The notes: generated by a model from the sequence alone, not told the origin. A stretch of DNA of 64,000 nucleotides from Candidatus Falkowbacteria bacterium HGW-Falkowbacteria-1 (GCA_002840305.1 PHAI01000002.1:138707-202706), one strand, 5' to 3'; positions 36,843 to 46,882 are shown, numbered from the stretch's first letter. Program-made: numbers and translations.

Positions 36843-37541
36843 CTATTTTAAATTAAGCTTATTTATTACAACAGGCGTCGCTGGTCTATCACCCGGGATA
36901 GTATCAACTAACGATATTTTTTCAACTACATCCATGCCAGAGATTACTTTACCAAAAACCGGATGTTTGCTGGTTGATGGTTCTTTATCGAAATCTAGAA
37001 AAGTATTATCTTTAACGTTAATAAAGAATTGAGATCCACCTGAATTTGGTCCAGAATTAGCCATAGAAATAGTCCCTTTTAAATTACTCAAACCCGCAAC
37101 ATGCTCATCAGCTATAGCATAGCCAGGGCCACCCGTTCCCCAATAAGCAGATTGAGAGTCATCTTTAGTTAAGGGATCCCCTCCTTGAATCATAAAATCA
37201 GAAATCACCCGATGAAATTTCATACCATCGAAATATCCACTTTCAGCTAAATTCAAAAAATTAGAAACTGTAATCGGCATTTTTTCATTATAAAACTCAA
37301 TGGTAAAATTTCCCTCACTAGTTACAAACTCAACTTGAGAATACTTCTTCAGAATCTCCTGATTTAACATATCCTCTTTTTTAACTTCAATCATATTTTT
37401 TTGTTTATTATTTATTAAATTATTATCTTGGCTTAAATCATTTTGCAAATAATCAATTTTCTTTGGTTCCTGATTGGTACAGGCAGAAAGAAAAAAAACT
37501 AATAAAAACAAAACTGATAAAATAAATATTTTTTTATTCAT
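36843..37541 (-). CDS. Cyclophilin-type peptidyl-prolyl isomerase, probable lipoprotein
   Basis: Lipobox FFLSAC. FHRVISDFMIQGGDP and SMANSGPNSGGSQFFI. Confidence 0.9.
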   Translation of the reverse strand: MNKKIFILSVLFLLVFFLSACTNQEPKKIDYLQNDLSQDNNLINNKQKNMIEVKKEDMLNQEILKKYSQVEFVTSEGNFTIEFYNEKMPITVSNFLNLAESGYFDGMKFHRVISDFMIQGGDPLTKDDSQSAYWGTGGPGYAIADEHVAGLSNLKGTISMANSGPNSGGSQFFINVKDNTFLDFDKEPSTSKHPVFGKVISGMDVVEKISLVDTIPGDRPATPVVINKLNLK

Positions 37542-37558
37542 ATTTTTTAAAATTAATT

Positions 37559-39043
37559 CTAAACTTTAAACTTTTTCTTGATATCCCTATCTTCTTCTTT
37601 TCTTTTCTCTTCTATAGTCTCTTTGGCCTTATCTCTCAATTGAACCAAATCTAGTTTATCTAATTCTTTAACTTTTTTCAATAATATCTTTTTATCGTTA
37701 AGTTCAGGGTTCTCCAAGACTTCAGCCAATAAAACGTCTAAAATAGCTCCTATTTTGGGGCCTGGAACCATCTTCAATTCGGCTATCATAATATCACCAT
37801 TTACCTTCAACATTTTAACAGAAACAGGGTCATTTTGCACTTTTTCCATCATATATTCTAGGTGACGAAGTTTATAAGGCATAGCCTTTGGAGTCCCCGA
37901 CCCTAAACGGTCTGCCACTCTTAAATCAATTAAATCTTTGAGATTTTCTTTGCCAACCTTGGAAATCAATCTTCTAACAGAGGCGGCTGTTACCTCTCCC
38001 GCATTATAATAAAACATATGATTCTTTACTAAATTAACAACCATGTCAGCATCTTCGTTGGAAAATTTAAGTCTATCAACTATTTTCTTACTTATTTTCG
38101 CTCCTATATACTCATGATTGTAGAAAGTCCTTTGACCATCAATCATTCTCATTGAAGCTGGTTTGCCAATATCATGGAGAAGGGCGGCTAAGCGAACTTG
38201 CCATTTTTTGCTGGGACAATATTTCAAAGATAAAATACTATGTTTTAAAATTGTATAAATATGGTGATGATTCTGTTGCATTTTTTCACCTAAAAGTAAC
38301 TCTGGCAAAATATACTGAAGCAACTTAGTAACTTTCAAAAATTCTATACCTTCGGATGGAAAATCAGAGCTAATTATTTTTATTAATTCATCTTTAATTC
38401 TTTCTTTGGCTATAAATTTAATGCTACCGGCCATTTTCACAATCGCTCTTTCTGTTTTTGGTTCCATTTCAAAATTCAACTGACAAGAAAAACGAATAGC
38501 CCTCATCATTCTAAGGGCGTCTTCTTTGAATCTATCAACAGGCTCACCAACGGCTCTAATAATTTTTAATTTTATATCTTTTAAGCCACCGAATAAATCA
38601 ACCAAATAAAAAATTTGATTATTTATCTCTATCTTTTTGGCTCCATATTTTTCTTTGCTAGATTGACTTGGCAAACACATGGCCATTGCGTTAACCGTAA
38701 AATCACGACGAGATAAATCCTTATCTAATTCTTTTTCAAAAACAACTTCATCTGGACGACGGTGATCCAAATATCCAGTTTCGCTGCGATATGTAGTGAT
38801 CTCTAAAACCAAAATTGTATTACCTTGTTCATTTTTTACGGGAAGCAAAACCGTACCAAAATTATTCTCATATCTTCCATCAGGAAATATCTTTAAAATT
38901 TCTTCTGGTAAAGCACTGGTTGTAATATCAAAATCTTTGGGTTCTTTACCCATAAGCAAGTCACGAACACAGCCCCCCACTAAATAAGCTTCGAAACTAT
39001 TAGCTTCTATTTGATTTAAAACATCTAAAGCAATTTTTAACAT
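37559..39043 (-). CDS. cca: CCA-adding enzyme / poly(A) polymerase-family nucleotidyltransferase with an HD domain
   Basis: YLVGGCVRDLLMGKEPKDFDITT, RRDFTVNAMA, LLHDIGKP. The start is moved to MLKIALDVL (cat 39041-39043). Confidence 0.85.
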   Translation of the reverse strand: MLKIALDVLNQIEANSFEAYLVGGCVRDLLMGKEPKDFDITTSALPEEILKIFPDGRYENNFGTVLLPVKNEQGNTILVLEITTYRSETGYLDHRRPDEVVFEKELDKDLSRRDFTVNAMAMCLPSQSSKEKYGAKKIEINNQIFYLVDLFGGLKDIKLKIIRAVGEPVDRFKEDALRMMRAIRFSCQLNFEMEPKTERAIVKMAGSIKFIAKERIKDELIKIISSDFPSEGIEFLKVTKLLQYILPELLLGEKMQQNHHHIYTILKHSILSLKYCPSKKWQVRLAALLHDIGKPASMRMIDGQRTFYNHEYIGAKISKKIVDRLKFSNEDADMVVNLVKNHMFYYNAGEVTAASVRRLISKVGKENLKDLIDLRVADRLGSGTPKAMPYKLRHLEYMMEKVQNDPVSVKMLKVNGDIMIAELKMVPGPKIGAILDVLLAEVLENPELNDKKILLKKVKELDKLDLVQLRDKAKETIEEKRKEEDRDIKKKFKV

Positions 39044-39098
39044 AATTATTAATAAAAAATATAATTCATTATACCACTGAAGCAGGTATATGACGAAT

Positions 39099-39120
39099 AA
39101 AGAAGCCAAAAAGCTTCTTT
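39099..39120 (-). terminator. Hairpin terminator closing the gap-hydrogenase operon
   Basis: AAAGAAGC (39099-39106) / GCTTCTTT (39113-39120). It is followed on the minus strand by an extended -10 TGGTATAAT (39068-39076) for cca. Confidence 0.5.
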
Positions 39121-39154
39121 ATTTTTATTATAAGAAATTATAACAATCTTAATC

Positions 39155-39979
39155 TTAGAATCCCTCCTCTAATGATACCAACAATTGTTCAAATTTGTCA
39201 ATATTTCTCAATAATTCCTCGTTATTACTGCCCATCAATTCATTCAACAAGCTTTTAGCCGCTTGATGTTGTTCTTTGAGTGAGTTTAATATTTTGGTCA
39301 AAATCTCTCCACCGACTTCCTTTTCTTTGTTTTCTTTTAAATCAACTACCAACTTCATTAAATCCTCCTTTGATATTCCCAAGAAAAAAGCAGGAATATT
39401 TTTTATTTTTTGCCTTTTTATTTTTTGATTCTCATCTAGGGTAACTCCGTATTCTAATTTTGCGCCACCCTTAAGAAGTATATTCTTTATCTTGTCTCTT
39501 TTTTTGTCTGATCCGTCATCTTTACCGATTCCCAAGACCTGGTCAAAACCGCAAACAACCGCCCCTGTTTTTTTATCAATCAGGACATTATCAACACCAT
39601 GTTCATAATCATCATATTTTGAGGCTCTGGCTACTATAAATTTATCACCAATTAGTTTATGAAGTAAAACCGTAACGGCCATTTCGGCAATATTGGCCGG
39701 ATTCCTTTCTCTTTTTGCTTTCCACTCCTCTATATCCATCCCAGATTCACTGGCCCAAGCCATTTCCTTTGATTTTAAAGCTTTATTATGCAAATCCAAG
39801 TCTTGGCCGTCCATGGTTAGGCAAGCGCTCTCATCCAATATCGCCCCATAAGACTCATTAACCTTTCTACTTATACCATTTAATTCTAATTTTAAAATCT
39901 TAACAGACTCCTCTATGCCCAAGTATCTTTCCTTCTTGTTTTCTTGGGGCAGCTCAATTCTCCCTAATATTTTTATCAT
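39155..39979 (-). CDS. Hypothetical protein (274 aa), last gene of the hydrogenase operon
   Basis: No family recognised. The central YDDYEHGVDNVLIDKK might be a PD-(D/E)xK-like motif, but this is weak. Confidence 0.5.
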   Translation of the reverse strand: MIKILGRIELPQENKKERYLGIEESVKILKLELNGISRKVNESYGAILDESACLTMDGQDLDLHNKALKSKEMAWASESGMDIEEWKAKRERNPANIAEMAVTVLLHKLIGDKFIVARASKYDDYEHGVDNVLIDKKTGAVVCGFDQVLGIGKDDGSDKKRDKIKNILLKGGAKLEYGVTLDENQKIKRQKIKNIPAFFLGISKEDLMKLVVDLKENKEKEVGGEILTKILNSLKEQHQAAKSLLNELMGSNNEELLRNIDKFEQLLVSLEEGF

Positions 39980-40011
39980 ATTATTTTTGTATAAATTTTT
40001 TATACAAGAGA

Positions 40012-40275
40012 CTAAAACTTCTCTTCAAAAATAGAAATTTTAGCTTCAAGATCTTCTATTTTGTTTAGCTTTTCAAACAATTCATTAATTTCTCCTGATT
40101 CAGCCTTCAGTGCTAGTATTATCAAGCCTGGACAACTTTCTGTACAAGTTTTTTGAACATTAACTCCCATTCTAGCCATTATCAAGTGACCACTGTCTGT
40201 TAAAACCTTGTTTAATGCAGGCGAATTCTTTTGTCTATTACTGGTTAAAATTGAAATACTGGCTATTATTTGCAT
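40012..40275 (-). CDS. TM1266-type putative iron-only hydrogenase system regulator (ACT-like, 87 aa)
   Basis: ILTSNRQKNSPALNKVLTDSGHLIMARMGVNV...LIILALKAESGEINELFEKLNKIEDLEAK resembles the TM1266 family as I remember it. It sits immediately downstream of hydA. Confidence 0.6.
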   Translation of the reverse strand: MQIIASISILTSNRQKNSPALNKVLTDSGHLIMARMGVNVQKTCTESCPGLIILALKAESGEINELFEKLNKIEDLEAKISIFEEKF

Positions 40276-40345
40276 ATTTTTATATTACATTCTAACTAAA
40301 TAAACCTAGTTCTTTTTTATTTAATCAAAAATGCCTTGTTATTAC

Positions 40346-42082
40346 TTAAGTTTTGTCTCTTTCTCTCTTGCGATATTTAGTATGTAAAACGTTTTTTGTT
40401 AAATCATTACTCTTGACCCAATTTAAAACATCAATCGCCCCCTTGTTATCATGGGCTGTTCTTATTTTTTCCTTTTTATCACTCTTGTAAAGCCCCTCCA
40501 TCCTCTTTTTAACTATTTCCATTGAACTGGGTATGATTTGACCGCCACCACCAATACAACCACCAGGACAGGCCATAACCTCTATATAATGATATTTACC
40601 TAGCTTATCTAGTATTCCGTCAATATTTCCGATTCCGTTCACTATGGCCACATTAAGCTTGTTACCGTCCAAATCAATCTTTGCCTCTTTTATCCCATTT
40701 AAACCTCTTACATCCTTGAATTCTAATCTAGTATGGCAGATTTTAGCCTTTTTAGAATCCTTACAAACAAGATGATTGGCAGTTCTAAGGGCTGACTCCA
40801 TAACGCCCCCGGAAGCTCCATATATAACACCGGCCCCGCTACCATCGTTTATAATATCGTTTGATTTTGTCTTTTTTAAATTTTTAAAATCAATATTGTT
40901 TTTCTTTATTAAAAAGGCCAACTCTCTAACAGTCAAAACATGATCTATAGGATAATTACCCCCTATTTTTAATTCCTCCCTTTTTGACTCAAACTTTTTA
41001 GCAGTACAAGGCATAATCGAAATGGTTACAATATCTTTGGCCTTAATTTTTTTCTTTTCCGCCCAATAAGTTTTTATGATTCCACCTAAATGAATCTGTG
41101 GAGAGCGAGAAGATGTTAAATGAGGAATCAAATCCGGTCTTTTAAATTCTACATATTTAACCCAGGCCGGGCAACAAGAGGTAATCATCGGTAATCTGCT
41201 TTTTTTGTTAGCCAATCTTTCTAATAATTCACCAGCTTCAACCATGGTTGTGACATCTGCTCCAAAATTAACATCTACAACCTGATCGAATCCTAATTTT
41301 TTTAAAGCAGCCACCATCAAGCCACTCGAATTATAACCATAGGGCAAACCAAACATTTCCCCGATAGATACGCGAGTGGAAGGAGCAAACATAGCAACCA
41401 AGGTTTTGCCTTTTTTGTTGGCTAAAATTTTTTCCACATCATCCCAATTATACTGTTCCTGTGCCGAGGCTACTGGACAATGAAGAGCGCATTGACCGCA
41501 ATAAATACAATCAATATTTTTGTCATCCACCGGAACCACTTCTTGCTTATATCCCTTACCAGTTTTTTTTAAATATCCTATTTTTTGAACATTAGAACAA
41601 ACATCAATGCAATTGCGACAATCAATACATTGACTGCCATCAATCTCAACTGAATTGGCAAATTTATAAGTTTTTCTTTTATCTTTCCTGTCTTTAAAAT
41701 CAGCTATGTTTATTTTATATCTTTTGGCCAAATCTAATAAGCTGCAATCAAACTTTGAAGTACAAGAAGAACATTTTTCAATATGAGCCGAAAAAATAAG
41801 TTTTAAATTCGTATCTCTAGATAGTTTTACCTTTTCCGAATTTGTAAAGATTTCCATGCCAGAACAAGCCGGTGTTGAGCATGATGTCACTAATCGTTTC
41901 AACCCCTTTACTTCAACCACGCAAACTCGACAATTGGCTTTTATCTTTAAATCTGGATGATGACACAAAGTTGGCAGAAAAATATTATTTCTCTTGGCCA
42001 CATCCAAAATAGTTTCGCCATCTGCAGCAATATATATTTTATCATCTATTTTTATCTTTATTTTGTTGTTTTTTTTAATCAT
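40346..42082 (-). CDS. hydA: [FeFe]-hydrogenase catalytic subunit with N-terminal 2Fe-2S and 4Fe-4S ferredoxin domains
   Basis: H-cluster motifs ITSCCPAWV, IMPCTAKKFE and EVMACPGGCIGGGGQ. Upstream are CHHPDL...CRVCVVEV and two CxxCxxCxxxCP motifs. Confidence 0.9.
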   Translation of the reverse strand: MIKKNNKIKIKIDDKIYIAADGETILDVAKRNNIFLPTLCHHPDLKIKANCRVCVVEVKGLKRLVTSCSTPACSGMEIFTNSEKVKLSRDTNLKLIFSAHIEKCSSCTSKFDCSLLDLAKRYKINIADFKDRKDKRKTYKFANSVEIDGSQCIDCRNCIDVCSNVQKIGYLKKTGKGYKQEVVPVDDKNIDCIYCGQCALHCPVASAQEQYNWDDVEKILANKKGKTLVAMFAPSTRVSIGEMFGLPYGYNSSGLMVAALKKLGFDQVVDVNFGADVTTMVEAGELLERLANKKSRLPMITSCCPAWVKYVEFKRPDLIPHLTSSRSPQIHLGGIIKTYWAEKKKIKAKDIVTISIMPCTAKKFESKREELKIGGNYPIDHVLTVRELAFLIKKNNIDFKNLKKTKSNDIINDGSGAGVIYGASGGVMESALRTANHLVCKDSKKAKICHTRLEFKDVRGLNGIKEAKIDLDGNKLNVAIVNGIGNIDGILDKLGKYHYIEVMACPGGCIGGGGQIIPSSMEIVKKRMEGLYKSDKKEKIRTAHDNKGAIDVLNWVKSNDLTKNVLHTKYRKRERDKT

Positions 42083-42123
42083 TTTTTTAAAAAATAATGC
42101 AAAAACGCGAAAATCTGCGTTTA

Positions 42124-43131
42124 CTACAATAATTTATAAACATTCTTTAAATAACTCAAAACGGCTACTGGCGCAGCATTACCTAGGGCGCAAAATGATG
42201 ACAAGAATAAATTATCGCAAAGATTCTGAAACCTCACGTCGTCCTTCATTTTCATCCCATTATTTTCAAACATTTCATGCAAACGATATGTTCCCTCTCG
42301 ACAAGGAGTGCATTGACCACAGGAATTGTCTCTAAAAAAACTGAGCCAATATTTAATCAGTTTTTCTGATTGATGTTTTTTTAAATTATAAATAGTAATA
42401 GATCCGGCTCCATCAACCTTTCTGTCTAATTGGCTACCATTTAAAACCTCCCCTGAAGCATCGCCCCCAATTTGAACAAAAAAATCATACTTAGGATAAT
42501 TTTTGGTTTGTTCTAAAATTTGTTTAATACTTAAATCATCTGACAAAATATAAACACCTTTATTTTTTTGAGCAAAATTAATCGAGTAAAATCTTTCGTT
42601 TTTAAATTTATTCTTACTAACTAAAAAAACATTATAAAAAGTTTCAATATTATTAATAAGAGTCGGTTTACCATAAAGACCATTGCATGTTGGAAATGGT
42701 GGCCTAATTCGAGGTTCAATATTTTTACCTTCGATAATATTTAAGATACTCGTTTCTTCTCCGGCTATATAACCAGAATTTAAAGGCTTTGCGACAAAAA
42801 TAAATTTATCTTTTAATCCAATTTTATTAGCGATTTTAGTTATTTTGTTTCTATAAGAATCGTAATACTTTTTATTCAAATAAAAATAAATTTTTTCTGC
42901 CTTAATAAAATCGAACGCAGTCTTTACTCCCAATAAAAAATCATCCAAATGATTATCCAAAATATATCCGTCCTTGTATATACCAGGCTCTCCCTCAGCT
43001 CCATTAACAACTATATATTTAACTTTATCCTTAGAGCTTTTAACTGCCATCCATTTTAAATGGACCGGAAAACATGCCCCGCCACGGCCAATTAGCTTGG
43101 CTTTCTCTATTTTTTCTAGAATATTTTTCAT
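42124..43131 (-). CDS. NuoF/HndC-like NAD(P)H-binding flavoprotein subunit (335 aa, compact)
   Basis: GRGGACFPVHLKW, NGAEGEPGIYKD, GYIAGEETSILNIIEG, SCGQCTPCREG...FCALG (N3-type 4Fe-4S ligands). Confidence 0.8.
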   Translation of the reverse strand: MKNILEKIEKAKLIGRGGACFPVHLKWMAVKSSKDKVKYIVVNGAEGEPGIYKDGYILDNHLDDFLLGVKTAFDFIKAEKIYFYLNKKYYDSYRNKITKIANKIGLKDKFIFVAKPLNSGYIAGEETSILNIIEGKNIEPRIRPPFPTCNGLYGKPTLINNIETFYNVFLVSKNKFKNERFYSINFAQKNKGVYILSDDLSIKQILEQTKNYPKYDFFVQIGGDASGEVLNGSQLDRKVDGAGSITIYNLKKHQSEKLIKYWLSFFRDNSCGQCTPCREGTYRLHEMFENNGMKMKDDVRFQNLCDNLFLSSFCALGNAAPVAVLSYLKNVYKLL

Positions 43132-43152
43132 ACTTAATTTTTTTAAAAAAAC

Positions 43153-44166
43153 CTAAAACTTAAGATAAGAAATGAGATCAGCCAAGCGACAAGAATATCC
43201 CCATTCATTATCATACCAAGAAATAACTTTTAATAAGTCACCATCAACAACCTTGGTTAGCGACAAATCAACGATAGCACTATGGCTATTTTTTACTATA
43301 TCAGAAGAAACTAACGGCTCGCTCGAAGCCTCAATTATATTTTTATATTTTTTCTCTTTTGATGCTTTAATAAATACCTTAACCACGTCTTCTTCCTTTA
43401 CCTTTTTCTTCAAGAGAAAAACAGTATCGCACAAAGACCCAACGGCAATTGGGACCCTCACCGCCAAACCATCAAAGAATCCTTTTAAACTTGGGATGGT
43501 TTGAGCGATAGCGCTGGCAGCCCCAGTTGTAGTTGGGACAATATTTAAGGCGGCTGACCTAGCCCTTCTTAAATCTTTATGTGGTCCATCTACTAAATTT
43601 TGATCAGCTGTATAGGCATGAATCGTACTCATCAAAGCTTTCTTGATGCCAAAATTTTTTCGAATAATGTCAGTAACAGGAGCTAAGCAGTTAGTGGTGC
43701 AAGAAGCACAAGATAGAATATTATCATCCTTGTTTATCTTGTCATCATTGACACCGATAACTATAGTTTTGACTTTGCTCTCCCCTTTGGCTGGAGCTGA
43801 TAAAATAACTTTTTTGGCACCAGCTTCTATATGCAAATTTAAACTTTCTTTATTGGTAAATCTACCAGTACATTCTAGAACAACATCAACCTTCATTTTT
43901 CCCCAAGGCAAAAGAGTCGGGTCCTTCTCGGAAAAAAGAGGTATCTTCTTACTATTAATAATAATGTTTTTTTCATCAGCAGAAACATTTTTATCATAAA
44001 TTCCATAAGCAGAATCATACTTCAGTAAATGAGCTAAAGTTTCAGTATCCGTCAAATCATTGATGGCCACTATTTTATAGCTTGGGTATTTTTCAATAAT
44101 AATTTTACAAACAGCTCGACCAATACGACCAAAACCGTTAATAGCAATGTTTAAATTTTTTGACAT
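43153..44166 (-). CDS. gap: Glyceraldehyde-3-phosphate dehydrogenase
   Basis: NIAINGFGRIGR, active site SCASCTTNCLAP, WYDNEWGYS. Confidence 0.95.
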   Translation of the reverse strand: MSKNLNIAINGFGRIGRAVCKIIIEKYPSYKIVAINDLTDTETLAHLLKYDSAYGIYDKNVSADEKNIIINSKKIPLFSEKDPTLLPWGKMKVDVVLECTGRFTNKESLNLHIEAGAKKVILSAPAKGESKVKTIVIGVNDDKINKDDNILSCASCTTNCLAPVTDIIRKNFGIKKALMSTIHAYTADQNLVDGPHKDLRRARSAALNIVPTTTGAASAIAQTIPSLKGFFDGLAVRVPIAVGSLCDTVFLLKKKVKEEDVVKVFIKASKEKKYKNIIEASSEPLVSSDIVKNSHSAIVDLSLTKVVDGDLLKVISWYDNEWGYSCRLADLISYLKF

Positions 44167-44215
44167 AATAAATTTTTATTAATTTTAATTTATTTAAAAA
44201 AATAATTGAGAAAAT

Positions 44216-44734
44216 CTACAACCGTTCATAAAGCTCAACCGCTATTTCATCTATTTTTTTCATAAAATCTTTTTTTTCAGAGATTTCCATCATGGAGTAC
44301 TGCATATTTTTATCATAGCCAGGAGTTCTTTCTTTTTCTAGTTGATTCAATTTTGTTTTCAAGTCGCCTACCTCGATATTCATCTTTTCGGTCTCATCAA
44401 GCACTGTAGATAGTTGATGAATTCTAGAATAAGATAATTTATTTTGAGAAAAAGCGTCTTTAATCTTCTTTATTTTTTCATCATTGTTGTTATTTGAATT
44501 ATTCCAAATAATTTCCCTAACTTTATCAAAATCACCACCAATAACATCCTCTCCCTTAGCATTGACTATATAAAACTCAGGAGAATTAATAATATCTGCC
44601 AACAACGGCTTAATATCTTCCACGCTATCTACATTTTTACATTCGACAATTTTTTTTTCATTAAAGAAAAACTTATATCCGCTAATACTCAAAAAAGGCT
44701 CTTCTTTCTTTTTGCTAAAAAAATTTTCAAACAT
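44216..44734 (-). CDS. Hypothetical protein (~172 aa; alternative start at 44806)
   Basis: The track ORF starts at 44806. The MFENFF start at 44734 leaves room for the divergent promoter. No motif recognised. The C-terminus is coiled-coil-like. Confidence 0.45.
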   Translation of the reverse strand: MFENFFSKKKEEPFLSISGYKFFFNEKKIVECKNVDSVEDIKPLLADIINSPEFYIVNAKGEDVIGGDFDKVREIIWNNSNNNNDEKIKKIKDAFSQNKLSYSRIHQLSTVLDETEKMNIEVGDLKTKLNQLEKERTPGYDKNMQYSMMEISEKKDFMKKIDEIAVELYERL

Positions 44735-44844
44735 AAAATTTTTACCAGTTTTAAAAAAGTATTGACTTTTTTTAAAAAAAATGTAATTATACTTAGTTAA
44801 GTTCATTGAAATTATACCAAAATAAACCGCTTAAAGCAAATGAA

Positions 44845-45072
44845 ATGGAACACTTGACCAACGAAGATATAGCGGGCTTAAGTACTTTGGAATTTATTAG
44901 AAAAGCCAGAACGCTATTAGCAGAAAAAAGCGACGATTTAAACCCAGCATTAGTGGGTGAAATCAGACAAATTTTAATAAAAATGTTAACAGCTACCGAC
45001 GAAAGAGCTATCAAGCTAGCAAAGGAATTAGTAATGGAAGAAATCAATAAAATGCTTAGTAGAAAAAATTAG
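44845..45072 (+). CDS. Small helical hypothetical protein (~75 aa)
   Basis: MEHLTNEDIAGLSTLEFIRKARTLLAEK... The track start is a TTG at 44806, and I prefer the ATG at 44845. A terminator follows. The antisense 84-aa ORF is low-complexity. Confidence 0.45.
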   Translation: MEHLTNEDIAGLSTLEFIRKARTLLAEKSDDLNPALVGEIRQILIKMLTATDERAIKLAKELVMEEINKMLSRKN

Positions 45073-45087
45073 CTCTTTTCTGTTAAC

Positions 45088-45116
45088 AAAAAAACCCAGT
45101 AATACCCTGGGTTTTT
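45088..45116 (+). terminator. Intrinsic terminator
   Basis: AAAAAAACCCAG...CTGGGTTTTT read directly. Confidence 0.6.
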
Positions 45117-45138
45117 CTATTTTTCCCTGCTTCTTATG

Positions 45139-45960
45139 CTATTGCTTTTTTTTATGCCTGTTTATATCAACTTCTACCACTACATCGTTTTCTCCTTCTT
45201 TTTCTCCCTTGAATAAAACATCAACGGATTGTTTTAAAATGTGATGTCCTAATACCTCTCCTCTACGACCATCAACATTTACTCGAGTGCCAACGACTGG
45301 TAAATTTTTTGATAACTCTACGTAACCTTCATATTCATAAGACAAACAACACATGAGCTTACCACACATCCCGGACACTCTCTCGCTGCCACGATGTGAT
45401 ACTTGTTGAGCCTCTGCCATTTCAGAACCAATTGAACAAAAATCTTTCATAAAACCCTTGCAGCATAAGCCTCTGCCACAATGACCATAGTCTCCGGACA
45501 TTTTAGCTTCATCTCGACTACCTATTTGAGTTAAACGAATTATGCCCTTAAAATGAGTACTCAAATCTTTTACTAGGTTTCTAAAATCAACTCTGTTGTC
45601 GGAATAAAAAGCAAAATTTATTCTATTTTTATCTAAAGAAAAATGAACATCAACCAATTTCATTGGCAACTCATATTTTTTTACCAGTTTTCGACAATAA
45701 TCTAAAGCTGACTCTTTTTCTTCTTCGGTGACCATTTTTTTTAAATCATCACTGTCAGCCAATCTCACCACTGGTTTAATTTCTTCTTCAATTTTCTCTA
45801 ATTCCTGATTACTAAGCTCTCTAAAATCAAAAACCTCTCCTATTTCCTGACCGAATTCAGTCTCAACTATAACAGCATCCCCTCTTTTTAATTCTATGTT
45901 ATTGGGATTAAAATTATATTTTTTATCCCAAGAAACAAATTGTATTTGAACAACTTTCAT
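45139..45960 (-). CDS. PSP1 domain protein (RicT/YaaT-like)
   Basis: VVQIQFVSWDKKYNF..., Cys-rich CGRGLCCKGF...GMCGKLMCCLSYE typical of PSP1/RicT. Confidence 0.85.
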   Translation of the reverse strand: MKVVQIQFVSWDKKYNFNPNNIELKRGDAVIVETEFGQEIGEVFDFRELSNQELEKIEEEIKPVVRLADSDDLKKMVTEEEKESALDYCRKLVKKYELPMKLVDVHFSLDKNRINFAFYSDNRVDFRNLVKDLSTHFKGIIRLTQIGSRDEAKMSGDYGHCGRGLCCKGFMKDFCSIGSEMAEAQQVSHRGSERVSGMCGKLMCCLSYEYEGYVELSKNLPVVGTRVNVDGRRGEVLGHHILKQSVDVLFKGEKEGENDVVVEVDINRHKKKQ

Positions 45961-45979
45961 AATTTATTTTTATATAAAT

Positions 45980-46001
45980 AAAACGAACTAAAGTCCGTTT
46001 T
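45980..46001 (-). terminator. Terminator after tsf
   Basis: On the minus strand: AAAACGGAC-UUUA-GUUCGUUUU (one G-U pair), then a U-rich tail. Confidence 0.5.
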
Positions 46002-46031
46002 ATTTAATAATTTATATTCTATCGAAAAAAA

Positions 46032-46826
46032 TTACAAAGATAATCTAACGAACTTTAATATTGAAACTCCACCTAATATATCTTTTACCGATTTCTTGTC
46101 ATCTTTTATATATTCTTGATCAAGCAAACAAACATCAGAGTAATATTTTTTAACTTTACCTTGCATGATATTTTCAATAATATTCTCTGGTTTTCCTTCT
46201 TTTAATAGTTGCTCCTTGTATATTTCTTTTTCTTTGTCTAATTCCTCGCTTGGCACTTCCTCGCTATTTAAGTATCTTGGATTAGCGGCAGCAATATGCA
46301 TGGCAATATCAGTGGCTAATTCATTTTTATCAGCTTGGTCGAGAGCTACCAAAACCCCAATTTTGCCTCCCAAATGAGAGTAAGCGGCGACAGTTTGACC
46401 ACTAACAAAGAAAAATCTTCCCAGGGCTAGCTTTTCACCGATAACCCCACTTAAATTACTGATACTTTCTTCGACCGTTGATCCATCTAATTCCGCTTTC
46501 AAAAGATCGCCCCCTGATTCAGGTTTTTTGTTTTTTATTATCTCTAATATTTTTCCAGCTAATTCTTGAAATTTTTCATTTCTGGCCACAAAATCAGTTT
46601 CTGAATTTAATTCCAAGGCATAGGCTTCGGTTTTATCATCATTAGTAGAAACTATTATTATACCTTCGCCAGCTTCACGCTCACTTCTTTTGGCCGCCTT
46701 AGCTATTCCCTTCTTCCTTAAAATTTCAATAGCTTTTTCTATGTTACCACCAGACTCATCTAAAGCCTTTTTACAATCAACCATACCAGCGCCAGTCCTT
46801 TCTCTTAATTCTTTTATTTGTTCCAT
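46032..46826 (-). CDS. tsf: Elongation factor Ts
   Basis: IKELRERTGAGMVDCKKALDESGGNIEKAIEILRKKG is the UBA-like N-terminus. The gene is downstream of rpsB. Confidence 0.95.
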   Translation of the reverse strand: MEQIKELRERTGAGMVDCKKALDESGGNIEKAIEILRKKGIAKAAKRSEREAGEGIIIVSTNDDKTEAYALELNSETDFVARNEKFQELAGKILEIIKNKKPESGGDLLKAELDGSTVEESISNLSGVIGEKLALGRFFFVSGQTVAAYSHLGGKIGVLVALDQADKNELATDIAMHIAAANPRYLNSEEVPSEELDKEKEIYKEQLLKEGKPENIIENIMQGKVKKYYSDVCLLDQEYIKDDKKSVKDILGGVSILKFVRLSL

Positions 46827-46882
46827 ATTTTTATTGTTATAAATTTAAGATAAAATTACTCATTTTTTAACAAGTAGAAAAA

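Noticed and set aside
42103-42122. The hairpin between the NuoF-like gene and hydA as a full transcription terminator
   Set aside because: The stem is only 6 bp and the U-tract is interrupted. The genes are otherwise tightly linked, so at most it attenuates. I mention it within the hydrogenase finding only.
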